NCBI RefSeq assembly: GCF_049075655.1
Contig: NZ_CP157522.1
Span: 224,001 to 288,000, forward strand
DNA from: Methanothermococcus sp. Ax23
GTDB lineage: Archaea > AGJL01 > Methanococci > Methanococcales > Methanococcaceae
Length of the DNA stretch: 64,000 nucleotides
Reading direction: 5' to 3'
The notes under the pieces are model-generated. The model saw nothing but the letters and a program-made list of their open reading frames with translations, did not search any database and was not told where the DNA came from. Every line of letters begins with the position of its first letter. Position 1 is the first letter of the stretch. Below are positions 9,237-20,493 of the stretch, piece after piece. Made by a program: the position numbers and the translations under genes.

Positions 9237-11207
9237 GTGAAAATGGGCAATAATAACAACGATAATAAAAAAATAGTGGCACTTACTGGTCAGCCCAATG
9301 TTGGAAAAACCACATTATTTAACTCACTCACTGGAATGAGGCAGGAAATAGGAAACTGGCCAGGTGTGACTGTTGAAAAAAAGGAAGGTCTGTTAAAATA
9401 TAAAAACGCAGAATTTAAAGTAGTTGATTTACCTGGAATATATTCTTTGATGTCTAATTCCATAGACCAGAAGATAGCCAGAGATTTCATACTTGAAAAT
9501 AAGGATATAATAATTGTAAATGTAATCGACACCCCAAATATTAACAGAAATTTATATTTAACACTACAACTTATAGAGCTCGGCAAGTCTCCGATTTTAT
9601 GTTTAAATCTTATTGATGAAGCTGAAAAATACGGAATAGTTGTTGATGAGAAAAAGCTCAGTGAAAAGTTAGGAGGATTACCAGTTATAAAAATGTCTGG
9701 AAGATACAATGTTGGAATACCAGATTTAAAGGAAAAAATTTATAAATATAAACCTAAAAAACCCTGCGAAATTACTTATTCTGAAATATTGGAAGATGCC
9801 ATTGAAAAAATTGTTAAAAAAATAGAAGAATGCAAAAATTTGGAATTAGGTGAAAAATTCAAATCTGTTCCAAAAAGATGGCTTGCAATATCCCTGCTTG
9901 AAGGAGACCCCGAGGTTTTAGAAGAATTTAAAGATAAAAAAGAATTGTTAGCCTTTGTAAAAAATATAAAAAATAATATTGAAAATGAAATAAAACACGA
10001 TATTGAAAGTTATATTGTTGAACAGAGATATAAAAAATCTGACGAAATTTTAAAGGACATAATGACTGAGAGCCAACTGCATGAAGATATCGACACAATA
10101 ATACTTCATCCCGTTTATGGGTTTGTAATCTTTGGAATTGTTATGTATTTAATGTATAGTTTTGTATTTGGGTTTGGAGATTTCTTCTCTGGATATATCG
10201 GCATGTTTTTTGACTATCTTGGAGATTATTTGACAAAAATACTTCCAGCCACATATGCCGGATTTGTGGTAGATGGTGCATTGTCAGGAGTCGGCGGAGT
10301 ATTGGAGTTCTTCCCACAAATTGTGTTAATAATGTTTTCTTTGGCAATATTGGAAGATTGCGGGTATTTATCAAGAGTGGCAGCTCTGATGCATGAGGTA
10401 ATGTCGAAAATAGGACTTGGTGGAAAGGCATTTATCCCATTTATAATAAGTTTTGGATGTAATGTTCCTGGATTAATGGCTACAAGGTTTATGTCTAGCC
10501 ATAGAGAAAGGCTTATTACATTACTTGTGGCACCTTTGATTCCATGTTCGGCAAGATTTGTAGTAATAGGATTTATGGCGTCCGTATTTTTCCCACAATA
10601 TGCAACATTATTTACTCTTGGAATATTGGGAATCGTGTTTATCTTACTAGGGGCTGTTTCATATCTATTGGGTAAATTAATAAAAGGAGAACCTGAGGAG
10701 TTTATATTTGAATTACCGCCATATAGAACACCCGACTGGAAAAATATTTTAAAAATAACATGGGAAAGAAGCAAGGCATTTCTAAAAAAAGCAGGAACCG
10801 TTATTGTGGCAGGCTCTCTTGCATTTTATGGGCTGTTGAATTACCCAAGCATTGACAACAGCTATGCAATTGCAATAGGTAAAATATTAGAGCATATTAC
10901 TTTATGGATGGGCATTGATTGGAGAGGGGTTATTTCCTTGATGTTTGGAGTTGTCGCAAAGGAGCTCGTAGTATCTACAATGAACATAGTTTATGGTGGT
11001 GAGGTGAGCTCCGCTTTAACACCATTGAAGGCCTTTGTTTTCACTCTTGTATCTGTTCTGTATATTCCATGTTTAGCAACAGTTGCGGCACAATATATGG
11101 AAACAAAAAGTTTAAAATGGACTTTATTTGGCGTAGCATACAATATATCCTTGGCAACGGTAGTTGGTATCGTCATATATAATATTGGAAAACTTCTTGG
11201 ATTCTAA
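9237..11207 (+). CDS. feoB: Ferrous iron transport protein B
   Basis: GQPNVGKTT, GNWPGVTVE, DLPGIYSL, SFGCNVP, PCSAR, FIFELPPY. Confidence 0.97.
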   Translation: MKMGNNNNDNKKIVALTGQPNVGKTTLFNSLTGMRQEIGNWPGVTVEKKEGLLKYKNAEFKVVDLPGIYSLMSNSIDQKIARDFILENKDIIIVNVIDTPNINRNLYLTLQLIELGKSPILCLNLIDEAEKYGIVVDEKKLSEKLGGLPVIKMSGRYNVGIPDLKEKIYKYKPKKPCEITYSEILEDAIEKIVKKIEECKNLELGEKFKSVPKRWLAISLLEGDPEVLEEFKDKKELLAFVKNIKNNIENEIKHDIESYIVEQRYKKSDEILKDIMTESQLHEDIDTIILHPVYGFVIFGIVMYLMYSFVFGFGDFFSGYIGMFFDYLGDYLTKILPATYAGFVVDGALSGVGGVLEFFPQIVLIMFSLAILEDCGYLSRVAALMHEVMSKIGLGGKAFIPFIISFGCNVPGLMATRFMSSHRERLITLLVAPLIPCSARFVVIGFMASVFFPQYATLFTLGILGIVFILLGAVSYLLGKLIKGEPEEFIFELPPYRTPDWKNILKITWERSKAFLKKAGTVIVAGSLAFYGLLNYPSIDNSYAIAIGKILEHITLWMGIDWRGVISLMFGVVAKELVVSTMNIVYGGEVSSALTPLKAFVFTLVSVLYIPCLATVAAQYMETKSLKWTLFGVAYNISLATVVGIVIYNIGKLLGF

Positions 11208-11366
11208 GGAAATAAAAAAATTAAAAAAATTAAAATAGAATGAGATATAAATAAAATAATAACTAGGTAATTAAAATAATTAAAATAATTAAATAATAAA
11301 CAAATTTAATAAAATAAATATTAATTTTTATTTTGTTTCATTTTAGTTCATTATAATGGGGATAGT

Positions 11367-12059
11367 ATGGATAAAAATGATATATACGTGGTGGTTCCGG
11401 CATACAATGAAGAAGAAATGATAGGAAACACTTTAAAAAAATTAAAAGATGAAGGCTATAAAAACATAATTGTTGTAGATGATGGAAGTAGGGACAATAC
11501 CTACAACATAGCAAAAGAAGAGGGAGTTATTGTTTGCAAACATATTATAAACAGGGGATTAGGCGGAGCTCTGGGGACAGGCATAAAATGTGCATTGGAG
11601 TATAATCCAAAGATAATAATTACATTTGATGCCGATGGACAGCACGACCCAAGGGACATTGAAAAGGTTGCAAAACCTATTTTGAATGAAAATTACGATG
11701 TTATAATAGGAAGCAGGTTGATGGATGAAAAAGAAGTAAAAAATATGCCAAAGATAAAAAGAATAGGAAATTGGGGTTTGAATTTCTTAACATACTTAAT
11801 GGGCGGACATTTTATTACAGACAGCCAAAGCGGTTTAAGGGCATTTTCCAATAAAGCCGCGAAGATACTAATAAACCAATTAAAAAGTAATAAATATGAA
11901 GTTTCTTCTGAATTTGTTGTTTTAATCAAAAGAAATAATTTGAAATTTAAGGAAATCCCTATAAAAACGATATATACAGATTACTCTATGGCTAGGGGAA
12001 CAAATGTGATTACTGGGTTTAAAATACTTGTAAAGCTTATAATTCATAAACTGATTTAA
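11367..12059 (+). CDS. Family 2 glycosyltransferase (DPM1-like)
   Basis: VVPAYNEE, VDDGSRD, DADGQH, GSR, DSQSGLRA. Confidence 0.9.
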   Translation: MDKNDIYVVVPAYNEEEMIGNTLKKLKDEGYKNIIVVDDGSRDNTYNIAKEEGVIVCKHIINRGLGGALGTGIKCALEYNPKIIITFDADGQHDPRDIEKVAKPILNENYDVIIGSRLMDEKEVKNMPKIKRIGNWGLNFLTYLMGGHFITDSQSGLRAFSNKAAKILINQLKSNKYEVSSEFVVLIKRNNLKFKEIPIKTIYTDYSMARGTNVITGFKILVKLIIHKLI

Positions 12060-12107
12060 AATAACATTGTTAATACCACATAACACTACAACATAATATG
12101 TGATAAT

Positions 12108-12908
12108 ATGAAATACTTATTAATTTACTCTACAAAGGATTTAGCTGGGATGAACATTAAAAACAATCTGAATAATTTAAATTTAGATGATTTAAAAGAA
12201 AATATCTATTTTTTTGAAACCGACAAAAAACTTACGGAGCTCTCACAGAAAGACCTACCAAACGATTATGACTATTATATTTTTCTATCAAAACACAGAA
12301 GTGAAAGCAAAAAACCAACATTAACAGTCCATACTTCTGGAAATTTAACAACTGACAATTCACACGGCGGAAATATTGAAGAAATATGTCCATGTGATGG
12401 AGTTTTAAATTCTCTTTTGCTTAAAAATATTTCTAAATACAACAATTTAGAAGAATATAGTCAATTTAATTTTGAAGTGTCATTTGAGGCAGTTCATCAT
12501 GGACCTACTGATTTAAATGTTCCATCGGTATTCGTTGAAATTGGAAGCTCCGAGAAAGAATGGGAAATTAAAGAAGCTGGGGAAATAATTGCAAAATCAA
12601 TTATAGACACAATTAAATCCATTGAAAATAAAAATTATAATGTCTTGGACAAAGTTGTTGGATTCGGTGGAGGGCATTATGCTCCGAGATTTACAAAATT
12701 GGTATTGTCAAATAAATGCTATGTGGGATATATTATTCCAAAATATGCCAAACTTTCTGAGAAGGTTCTTAACCAAATACTAATTAAACAGGATTTTGAT
12801 TATATATTGTTTGATTGGAAGGGACTTAATAGCGAGGATAAAAAAAGATACATAGAATTTTTTGAAAAAAACGATATTTTATGGAAAAAAGTTAAAGATT
12901 TATGTTAA
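12108..12908 (+). CDS. dtdA: D-aminoacyl-tRNA deacylase (archaeal DTD2)
   Basis: [36 protein letters not shown]. Confidence 0.92.
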   Translation: MKYLLIYSTKDLAGMNIKNNLNNLNLDDLKENIYFFETDKKLTELSQKDLPNDYDYYIFLSKHRSESKKPTLTVHTSGNLTTDNSHGGNIEEICPCDGVLNSLLLKNISKYNNLEEYSQFNFEVSFEAVHHGPTDLNVPSVFVEIGSSEKEWEIKEAGEIIAKSIIDTIKSIENKNYNVLDKVVGFGGGHYAPRFTKLVLSNKCYVGYIIPKYAKLSEKVLNQILIKQDFDYILFDWKGLNSEDKKRYIEFFEKNDILWKKVKDLC

Positions 12909-12928
12909 TATAAATATAATGTGATATC

Positions 12929-13720
12929 ATGAGAGAGATTCTTACAAAATTTAAAAAAGGAGAATTAACCTTAGAGGAAGTAGAAAAAAAATTAAAATTA
13001 TTTCATCTTGATGAAATAGAAAAGCTATATAATCTGGATTTTAATAGAAGAAATAGGACAGGAGTTCCAGAGGTGGTTTATGGAGGAGGGAAAAAAACAG
13101 AGGATATTGCAGAGATTCTCCTTAAACTTGCAGAAGACAACGGCACGGCACTTGCAACTAGGGTAAATGACATTGAAAAAGTGGTTGAATTATTAAATAA
13201 TATGAAAGACATTGATGAATTTACTATCGATGTTAATGAAATGGCAAAAACAATATCCCTCACAAAAAAGAATTATAAAATTGACAGCATTGGAAAAATC
13301 GGAATAATTACAGCAGGAACTTCTGATATTCCCGTGGCTGAGGAGGCAAAAGAAGCCGCAAAATTAATGGGATGTGAGGTATTAACTGCTTATGATGTTG
13401 GAATTGCGGGGATGCACAGAATTACAAAACCATTAAAAAAAATGATAGATGAAGATGTTTGCTGCATAATTGTAATTGCAGGTATGGAAGGAGCTCTACC
13501 ATCAGTAGTGGCGTCTCTTGTGGATGTCCCAGTTATTGGAGTTCCAACCTCAACAGGATACGGCGTAAAAGAAACTCCACTTCTTACAATGCTTCATTCC
13601 TGTGCCCCAGGACTTGCGGTAGTAAATATGGATAATGGTTTTGGTGCAGGAATATTTGCAGGATTGATGGCTTATAACATATATAAACGGTTGAATATTT
13701 CAAATTCTAATGGAGATTAA
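12929..13720 (+). CDS. larB: LarB / AIR-carboxylase-like nickel pincer cofactor biosynthesis family protein
   Basis: RTGVPEVV, AGTSDIPVAEEA, DVGIAG, AGMEGALPS, VPTSTGYG, DNGFGA. Confidence 0.88.
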   Translation: MREILTKFKKGELTLEEVEKKLKLFHLDEIEKLYNLDFNRRNRTGVPEVVYGGGKKTEDIAEILLKLAEDNGTALATRVNDIEKVVELLNNMKDIDEFTIDVNEMAKTISLTKKNYKIDSIGKIGIITAGTSDIPVAEEAKEAAKLMGCEVLTAYDVGIAGMHRITKPLKKMIDEDVCCIIVIAGMEGALPSVVASLVDVPVIGVPTSTGYGVKETPLLTMLHSCAPGLAVVNMDNGFGAGIFAGLMAYNIYKRLNISNSNGD

Positions 13721-13722
13721 TA

Positions 13723-13940
13723 GGGGTCTGTCCAATGTGAGAGCGTTGGTTAGTAAATGCTCACATTGGACTTGGGCGTCATCAACCTTATATCCCTCTG
13801 GGTTCATTGGGAGCATGTCATCAGTCTCCTCCCCTGTCATGGGGACCCCAACTCCACCCATCAATTCGACAATTTGTTGGATGTTTTAACATGTTTAAAA
13901 GAGGTTTAGGAAAGTCTTGGGGTTGATTAGATTGACACTA
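13723..13940 (-). ncRNA. GC-rich structured non-coding RNA candidate (127-nt core 13723-13849; possibly HgcC-like)
   Basis: Terminal stem GGGGTC/GACCCC, long hairpin GTCCAATGTGAG/CTCACATTGGAC, UGAUGA-containing loops, tRNA-type promoter at 13961-13975. Confidence 0.65.
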
Positions 13941-13960
13941 TAAACTATGCATGAAAACAC

Positions 13961-13975
13961 TATATAAACATTTCG
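13961..13975 (-). promoter_or_regulatory. BRE-TATA promoter (CGAAATG-TTTATATA)
   Basis: Identical 15-mer precedes tRNA-Gly(GCC) at 32841-32855. Confidence 0.75.
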
Positions 13976-14084
13976 AAAACTAAATGCTCCCATACACTCA
14001 CAAATACTCACAAAAAACTAAACAGTTTTAAACGGCAAGAATTTGGGATATACTTATTATAAAAAATATTTTAAGGGAACGAAA

Positions 14085-15305
14085 ATGAGCACCAAAGTTA
14101 TTGAAGGAACTTTTTTGAAAATAGGCGAGGATTGCGAAGAGTTAAATAAAAGCTTGCAGAATTTTAATGGATACATGAGGTTATCGATAAAGAAAGATAA
14201 CGATTTTGAAGAGGGATATATTTTTTTAGAAAATAATGTGCCTGTGGGGTATTATTACAACTACAACAATACCGAAGCCTTTGGAAGTAAGGCAATTGAA
14301 TATATCGAGGAAATGAAAAAAAATAGATGTATTGTGGAGTTATACCGATATGATGCAGGCAAATTAAACCTAATGAAAGACTTATTTAAAGAGATGTTTT
14401 TAGATAAATCCGAATTAAAAGTAAAAAAAGCAAATCACGAAAATGAAAGCATGGACGAAAAAATACATGAAAGCCAATCCTCATGCAAATATCAAAAAAT
14501 AATATTGGACATTCCCAGCGGAAAACCCTTAAAAATGGGGATAAATGGAGATTATAAAGAATATTTGGAAGGTTATAGATTATTAGATATATTTAAAAAA
14601 GACGATGGTGGATTTAAAAGAGCCTACATTGTATATTATAACAAAGAGCCCATTTTGGCTGCTTATGAAGATAACAATGGAGTGTTATTTGGAAATGACG
14701 CAGATATATTTATTAAGGAGCTCTTAAATAATTTAGATGCAATAATAGATATATATGAATATAATGTTGAAAAAGTAAATATCTTAACAGAATATTATCC
14801 ACATATTAAATTAAAAAAGGAAAATCTAGAACATGATGAAAACAAAAGTGGGTCAGATGAAGAGAATTTAGGGGAATTTATATCTGACCTATCTAAGAAA
14901 AAAGAAATGCCCCCTACTACGGATGAAAACGATGAACCATTATGTAAAGAAGAACTTCTAAAAAAACTGGGGATACATGCACCAAATGATGATATGATAG
15001 ATAACATTATTCAAAATGTTCTAGTTCCTGATGCGTATGAATTAAAAAACATGGAAGATGATTTAAAGGAAAAAATTTCAGAATTTTTAAAAAATCAAAA
15101 GGATATCCAAAATTTTTTAATAAATATCTCACTAGAATATAATCAAAGATACATCTGCGAATGCAAAATCAAATTAGAACCTAAAAAAAGATTTGGGATT
15201 ATAAAAAGGGAATTGGATATACCATATATAAAAGATGGGATATATAATATATTAAACAACTACATTATAGACCTGGATTCAAAGGTATCTATCGAGTTAG
15301 TATAG
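14085..15305 (+). CDS. DUF2226-type protein (two tandem domains)
   Basis: Two repeats of F.GY..l..K.......yI......v.aY.......FG..A; ATG at 14085 preferred over the TTG at 14043. Confidence 0.65.
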   Translation: MSTKVIEGTFLKIGEDCEELNKSLQNFNGYMRLSIKKDNDFEEGYIFLENNVPVGYYYNYNNTEAFGSKAIEYIEEMKKNRCIVELYRYDAGKLNLMKDLFKEMFLDKSELKVKKANHENESMDEKIHESQSSCKYQKIILDIPSGKPLKMGINGDYKEYLEGYRLLDIFKKDDGGFKRAYIVYYNKEPILAAYEDNNGVLFGNDADIFIKELLNNLDAIIDIYEYNVEKVNILTEYYPHIKLKKENLEHDENKSGSDEENLGEFISDLSKKKEMPPTTDENDEPLCKEELLKKLGIHAPNDDMIDNIIQNVLVPDAYELKNMEDDLKEKISEFLKNQKDIQNFLINISLEYNQRYICECKIKLEPKKRFGIIKRELDIPYIKDGIYNILNNYIIDLDSKVSIELV

Positions 15306-15308
15306 GGT

Positions 15309-15848
15309 GTGTGTTTTATGGAGCTCATATATATATTTGTTATAATGTCAATTTTAGGATTTTTTATTACATTCTCAGTCTGGAAGATATACAAGTTGGA
15401 AAAATCTAGGCGGGAACAGGAACAAAAAGAAGAACTTGAAAACGAAATTATAGAAGGATTACTTGAACTAAAAAAACATACGGTAAAATCAAATAATAAA
15501 AAATTATCTGATAAATATGATTTACTAGAAATAGCTTTTGAAAATGATGTATTGGACATAACCATAGCTAATGAGGAGGGTTTACCTATTGTATCTACAC
15601 TTAAAGACCCTGATGAGGACTCTGCACAATACAGTGCATTATTTCAAAATGTCAATAAATCACTAAATAGCAATCTGTTAAAAGTAAGTATTAAATGTGA
15701 AGAGGGATATAGATACATATTACCTATTGTTAAAAATAATACTTCATTATATGTTATCGTTAGCTCAAATATCGAAATTGATTCAATCAACGAAAAGAAA
15801 TTAACAAAAGATATATTAAATATTCTTGACAGATACATTCCGAATTAA
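15309..15848 (+). CDS. Membrane-anchored protein with roadblock/LC7-like C-terminal domain
   Basis: N-terminal TM helix; DITIANEEGLPIVST motif. Confidence 0.55.
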   Translation: MCFMELIYIFVIMSILGFFITFSVWKIYKLEKSRREQEQKEELENEIIEGLLELKKHTVKSNNKKLSDKYDLLEIAFENDVLDITIANEEGLPIVSTLKDPDEDSAQYSALFQNVNKSLNSNLLKVSIKCEEGYRYILPIVKNNTSLYVIVSSNIEIDSINEKKLTKDILNILDRYIPN

Positions 15849-15854
15849 AAAGAA

Positions 15855-15918
15855 AAGGCAGATGATGATGTTATCCCCGGCTGATTATGATGAGAAAATC
15901 TTAAAAAACTGATGCCTT
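15855..15918 (+). ncRNA. Box C/D methylation guide sRNA
   Basis: Terminal stem AAGGCA/TGCCTT; C ATGATGA 15862, D' CTGA 15881, C' ATGATGA 15887, D CTGA 15909; D' guide TGTTATCCCCGG. Confidence 0.9.
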
Positions 15919-16055
15919 ATTTTTATATAAATACTAAGTTTTAGATTTTGTTGGTCATTTAGTAGATTACCTTCTTTTTTAGCAAACATTATAAAGTCAT
16001 TAATTTAAATAAATCGATTAAAAATGATAAAAAATAAAAAAATAAAAGAAAACAA

Positions 16056-16280
16056 TTATAATCTTTCAGCAAAAGCAAATTTTTGTTTTACTGATGTGAT
16101 TTTAATTGTGAGTGTTTCTCCTTTTGTAGTGCTAGGGACGAAAATAACAAATCCTTCGATTCTTGCTATTCCGTCACCCCCTCTTCCTACATCTTCAATT
16201 GTTACATCATATTCTTTTCCTTCAACGACAGGAACATTTCTTTCATTTTGTCTGTATTCGCCAAAAACCATTTTATTCAC
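16056..16280 (-). CDS. Single-domain TRAM RNA-binding protein (archaeal cold-shock type)
   Basis: PVVEGKEYDVTIEDVGRGGDGIARIEGFVIFVP...FAFAE. Confidence 0.92.
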   Translation of the reverse strand: MNKMVFGEYRQNERNVPVVEGKEYDVTIEDVGRGGDGIARIEGFVIFVPSTTKGETLTIKITSVKQKFAFAERL

Positions 16281-16535
16281 CTAAGTAGAAATATATTTAT
16301 TTATTCACCATATTTATGGTTAATTATAACTTGGTTTTATAGTATATAAACCTATCTATTGTTTATTATTTGAAACAATAAAATATATACCGCCAATACG
16401 GGCATTTATCGGCATTTGTCCGCATATATCGCATCTAAAAAACCAAAGTGTCTCTATTTGTCGAATATACTTTCAATTTATGGATATATGGATTATGAAA
16501 AAAAAGCCTTAAATATTTAATAATAATTACCTATA

Positions 16536-17300
16536 ATGATATTAAAAAAGATTAATGGTGATTTTTTGATTAGTGAGATATTTTCGTCCATTATGGGGGA
16601 AGGAAATTTCATTGGAAGGAGATACATTTTTGTTAGATTTAAAGGATGTCCTCTGAACTGCATATACTGCGATGAATATGTAAAAGATAATATTCCATGC
16701 AGAGTTGAAGAGATTCCTGGAAGTGGAGAGTTTAAAGAATGTCCCGATATAGAAGATAAGTTAATTGATGTGATAGGTAAATTAAAAACTCCTGATTTAT
16801 TTGCAGTATCATTTACAGGAGGAGAGCCTTTATTATATTCCAATGAAATAAAAAAATATTCTGAAATTCTTCATGATTTAGGTTATAAAACTCATCTGGA
16901 AAGCAATGGCATGTATCCCGATAGAATAAGTTTTTTTGACTATGCTTCAATAGATATAAAGCTTCCAGAACATTTTAATGATATAAAAATCGAAGATTAC
17001 GAAAAACTCTATAAAAACGAATTAAAATCCATAAAAAAACTATATGACTTAGGTTCTAATGTATATGCAAAGATAGTAATTATGGAAAATACAGATCCAG
17101 TGGTTATAGGAGATATTGCAAAGGATTTATCCGATATTGGAAATATTATGTTATGCATACAACCTGTGAGCTCATGTTTAAATGTCAAATCCCTGCCCAC
17201 TCAAAAGAAATTATTGGATATTATGGAATTATGCGGAGCTCACCTAAATGACAATGTAATTTGCACTTCACAGATGCATAAATATCTGGGCATGTTATAA
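16536..17300 (+). CDS. queE: 7-carboxy-7-deazaguanine synthase (radical SAM)
   Basis: EIFSSIMGEG, FVRFKGCPLNCIYCDE, TGGEP, QMHKYL. Confidence 0.85.
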   Translation: MILKKINGDFLISEIFSSIMGEGNFIGRRYIFVRFKGCPLNCIYCDEYVKDNIPCRVEEIPGSGEFKECPDIEDKLIDVIGKLKTPDLFAVSFTGGEPLLYSNEIKKYSEILHDLGYKTHLESNGMYPDRISFFDYASIDIKLPEHFNDIKIEDYEKLYKNELKSIKKLYDLGSNVYAKIVIMENTDPVVIGDIAKDLSDIGNIMLCIQPVSSCLNVKSLPTQKKLLDIMELCGAHLNDNVICTSQMHKYLGML

Positions 17301-17331
17301 AAAAATAAATAAAAATTAAATTGGGAAATGA

Positions 17332-18297
<966 letters not shown>

Positions 18298-18514
18298 TTA
18301 ATAATATATAATATATTATATAGGGGGTGGCAATTATGAAAAGATGGAATTTATCTTTTAAAAATCTGATGATTCCAGTATGGTAGTTTTTAAAATCCCC
18401 TTAAAACAGGCTGTATATTATCTTTATTTTAATAAAATTCAGCAAACCGAATTTAAAAACTCTTTTATAGTTTAAAAATAATAATTTATCATAAATATCT
18501 TTTTTGGTGATATT

Positions 18515-20431
18515 ATGAAAGGGGGAGCTCTTGTTTTAATTAGTATATTTATATATTTAGTAGCATTTTGTGGATGTATAGACAATAGTAAGGATAACGG
18601 AAATACGATAAATAAGATAAATGAATTTAAGGTAGTTCCAGCAGACGAGGCGACATTTAAAGAATTTGTTAGTAAATCAACAGCTCATAGTTATGAATAC
18701 TACAATATACTTGGTGGATTCAATACTGCATCAGGAAGAGTAAAAGCTTTACCCACAGCAGAATTAGGTATTTCCGCAGATTCAAATGGCGTAGAGCGAC
18801 ATTCTGAAACCAATGTGCAGGTAAAAAGCGTAGATGAAGCAGATATTGTAAAAACTGATGGTAATTATATTTATTTCACTCCACCGGGAAGTTATCACAT
18901 TATAAAAAATTATCCGGAATATCCGCACTCTTTTGGAGTTGAAAAAACATATATAATAGATGCCCTTCCACCAGAATCAGCAGAGATTATTAAAGATATT
19001 TCAAATGGTGGTGTGCTTTACTTGTGCAATGACAATTTAATAATAATTGACTACAACAACGATGAGATATTAAACTACAATGTTTCAAATCCAAAAAATC
19101 CAAAATTAAAGTGGAAAATGGATTTAAATGGTTCCTATGTGGATTCAAGGGTTCATAATGGAAAGTTGTATTTGATTGTATCAAAATTTGATTATATAGT
19201 TTGTCCAATAATTTGGAATGGAGTAAAAATAAATTACAATAAATACTACATTCCAATAGTTCCAGATGTTATATCAAGAGATTTCGATAGAACATATATA
19301 ATCTCTTCAATAGATGTAAATAGCGGAAATATTGAAAATACAATTGCTACATCGGGAACCTACTATACCACAACATACATGTCAAAAAACAACATTTATT
19401 TCACCTATCATTTAATACCCAATGAAAACATACTGTTTATCAACTTCTTAAAGGAAAACTCCAATAAATACTTCCCAAATAGCACTGCCGTTTTAATTAA
19501 TAAAGTTCTGAGCTCTGAGCTCTTTGGTGATGAAGCAAAGTATGTTGAAATTAGAACAATATTGGATGCATATTTCAAAACCCTTCCAAGTGAAGAGAGA
19601 ATGAATTTAATAAATAAAATAAACAAGGACTATGAAATATACCTTGAAGAACACTGGGAAGAGCTGGAAAAAACTGGGATAATGAAAATAGATATAAATA
19701 CCTTTGAAGTTAAAAGTGGGAGCGTTCCTGGAAGATTGATAAACCAATTTGCAATGGATGAATACAACAACAATTTAAGAGTTGCCACAACAATAGGGAA
19801 CTATTGGAAATTTAGAGATAAAATGACAAATAATTTGTATATTCTTGATGATGAGCTAAATATAAAAGGAAAACTTACCAATCTTGAAAAAGGAGAGCGG
19901 ATATACGCTGTTAGATTTATGGGGGATACTGCATATATTATCACATATAAAGAAACTGACCCATTGCTTGTAATAGGTTTAAAAGACCCTAAAAATCCAA
20001 AACTACTTGGGGAATTAAAAATTCCTGGATATTCAACATACTTGCATCCAATAGGAAACAATAGACTTATAGGCATAGGAAAGGGCGATGATAGAAAACT
20101 AAAAATATCGTTATTTGATGTGAGCGACCATACTAATCCAAAAGAAGTTGATAAATACAAACTTCCTGAATATTGGTCCCCTGCTCTTTACAACCATCAC
20201 GCATTTTTATGGGATAAAGATAAGAATATAATGGTAATACCTGTGGGAGCTCATGTTTATATGTTCAAAATAGAAAATGATAAAATAACAATGAAAAAAG
20301 ACGATAAACACAAATCAAATGTTTTAAGGTCATTGTATATTAACAATTACATATACACATTCTCAAACGACGAAATCCATATAATCGATGAAAACAGCTG
20401 GAATACAGTTAAAAAGATTGGATTAAATTGA
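18515..20431 (+). CDS. Secreted beta-propeller domain lipoprotein
   Basis: Lipobox-like FCGC, SETNVQVKSVDEADIVKTDG, NQFAMDE, GERIYAVRF, ELKIPGYSTYLHP. Confidence 0.85.
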   Translation: MKGGALVLISIFIYLVAFCGCIDNSKDNGNTINKINEFKVVPADEATFKEFVSKSTAHSYEYYNILGGFNTASGRVKALPTAELGISADSNGVERHSETNVQVKSVDEADIVKTDGNYIYFTPPGSYHIIKNYPEYPHSFGVEKTYIIDALPPESAEIIKDISNGGVLYLCNDNLIIIDYNNDEILNYNVSNPKNPKLKWKMDLNGSYVDSRVHNGKLYLIVSKFDYIVCPIIWNGVKINYNKYYIPIVPDVISRDFDRTYIISSIDVNSGNIENTIATSGTYYTTTYMSKNNIYFTYHLIPNENILFINFLKENSNKYFPNSTAVLINKVLSSELFGDEAKYVEIRTILDAYFKTLPSEERMNLINKINKDYEIYLEEHWEELEKTGIMKIDINTFEVKSGSVPGRLINQFAMDEYNNNLRVATTIGNYWKFRDKMTNNLYILDDELNIKGKLTNLEKGERIYAVRFMGDTAYIITYKETDPLLVIGLKDPKNPKLLGELKIPGYSTYLHPIGNNRLIGIGKGDDRKLKISLFDVSDHTNPKEVDKYKLPEYWSPALYNHHAFLWDKDKNIMVIPVGAHVYMFKIENDKITMKKDDKHKSNVLRSLYINNYIYTFSNDEIHIIDENSWNTVKKIGLN

Positions 20432-20493
20432 TAATTTTTTAATCGAACCGTAGATTCGAGCTATAAAAAATCCCTTTGGATTTTTATTCAATT

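Noticed and set aside
13700-13861. 53-aa minus-strand ORF over the ncRNA candidate
   Set aside because: Atypical GC-rich codons and overlap with the larB end; base pairing explains the sequence better, though not formally excluded
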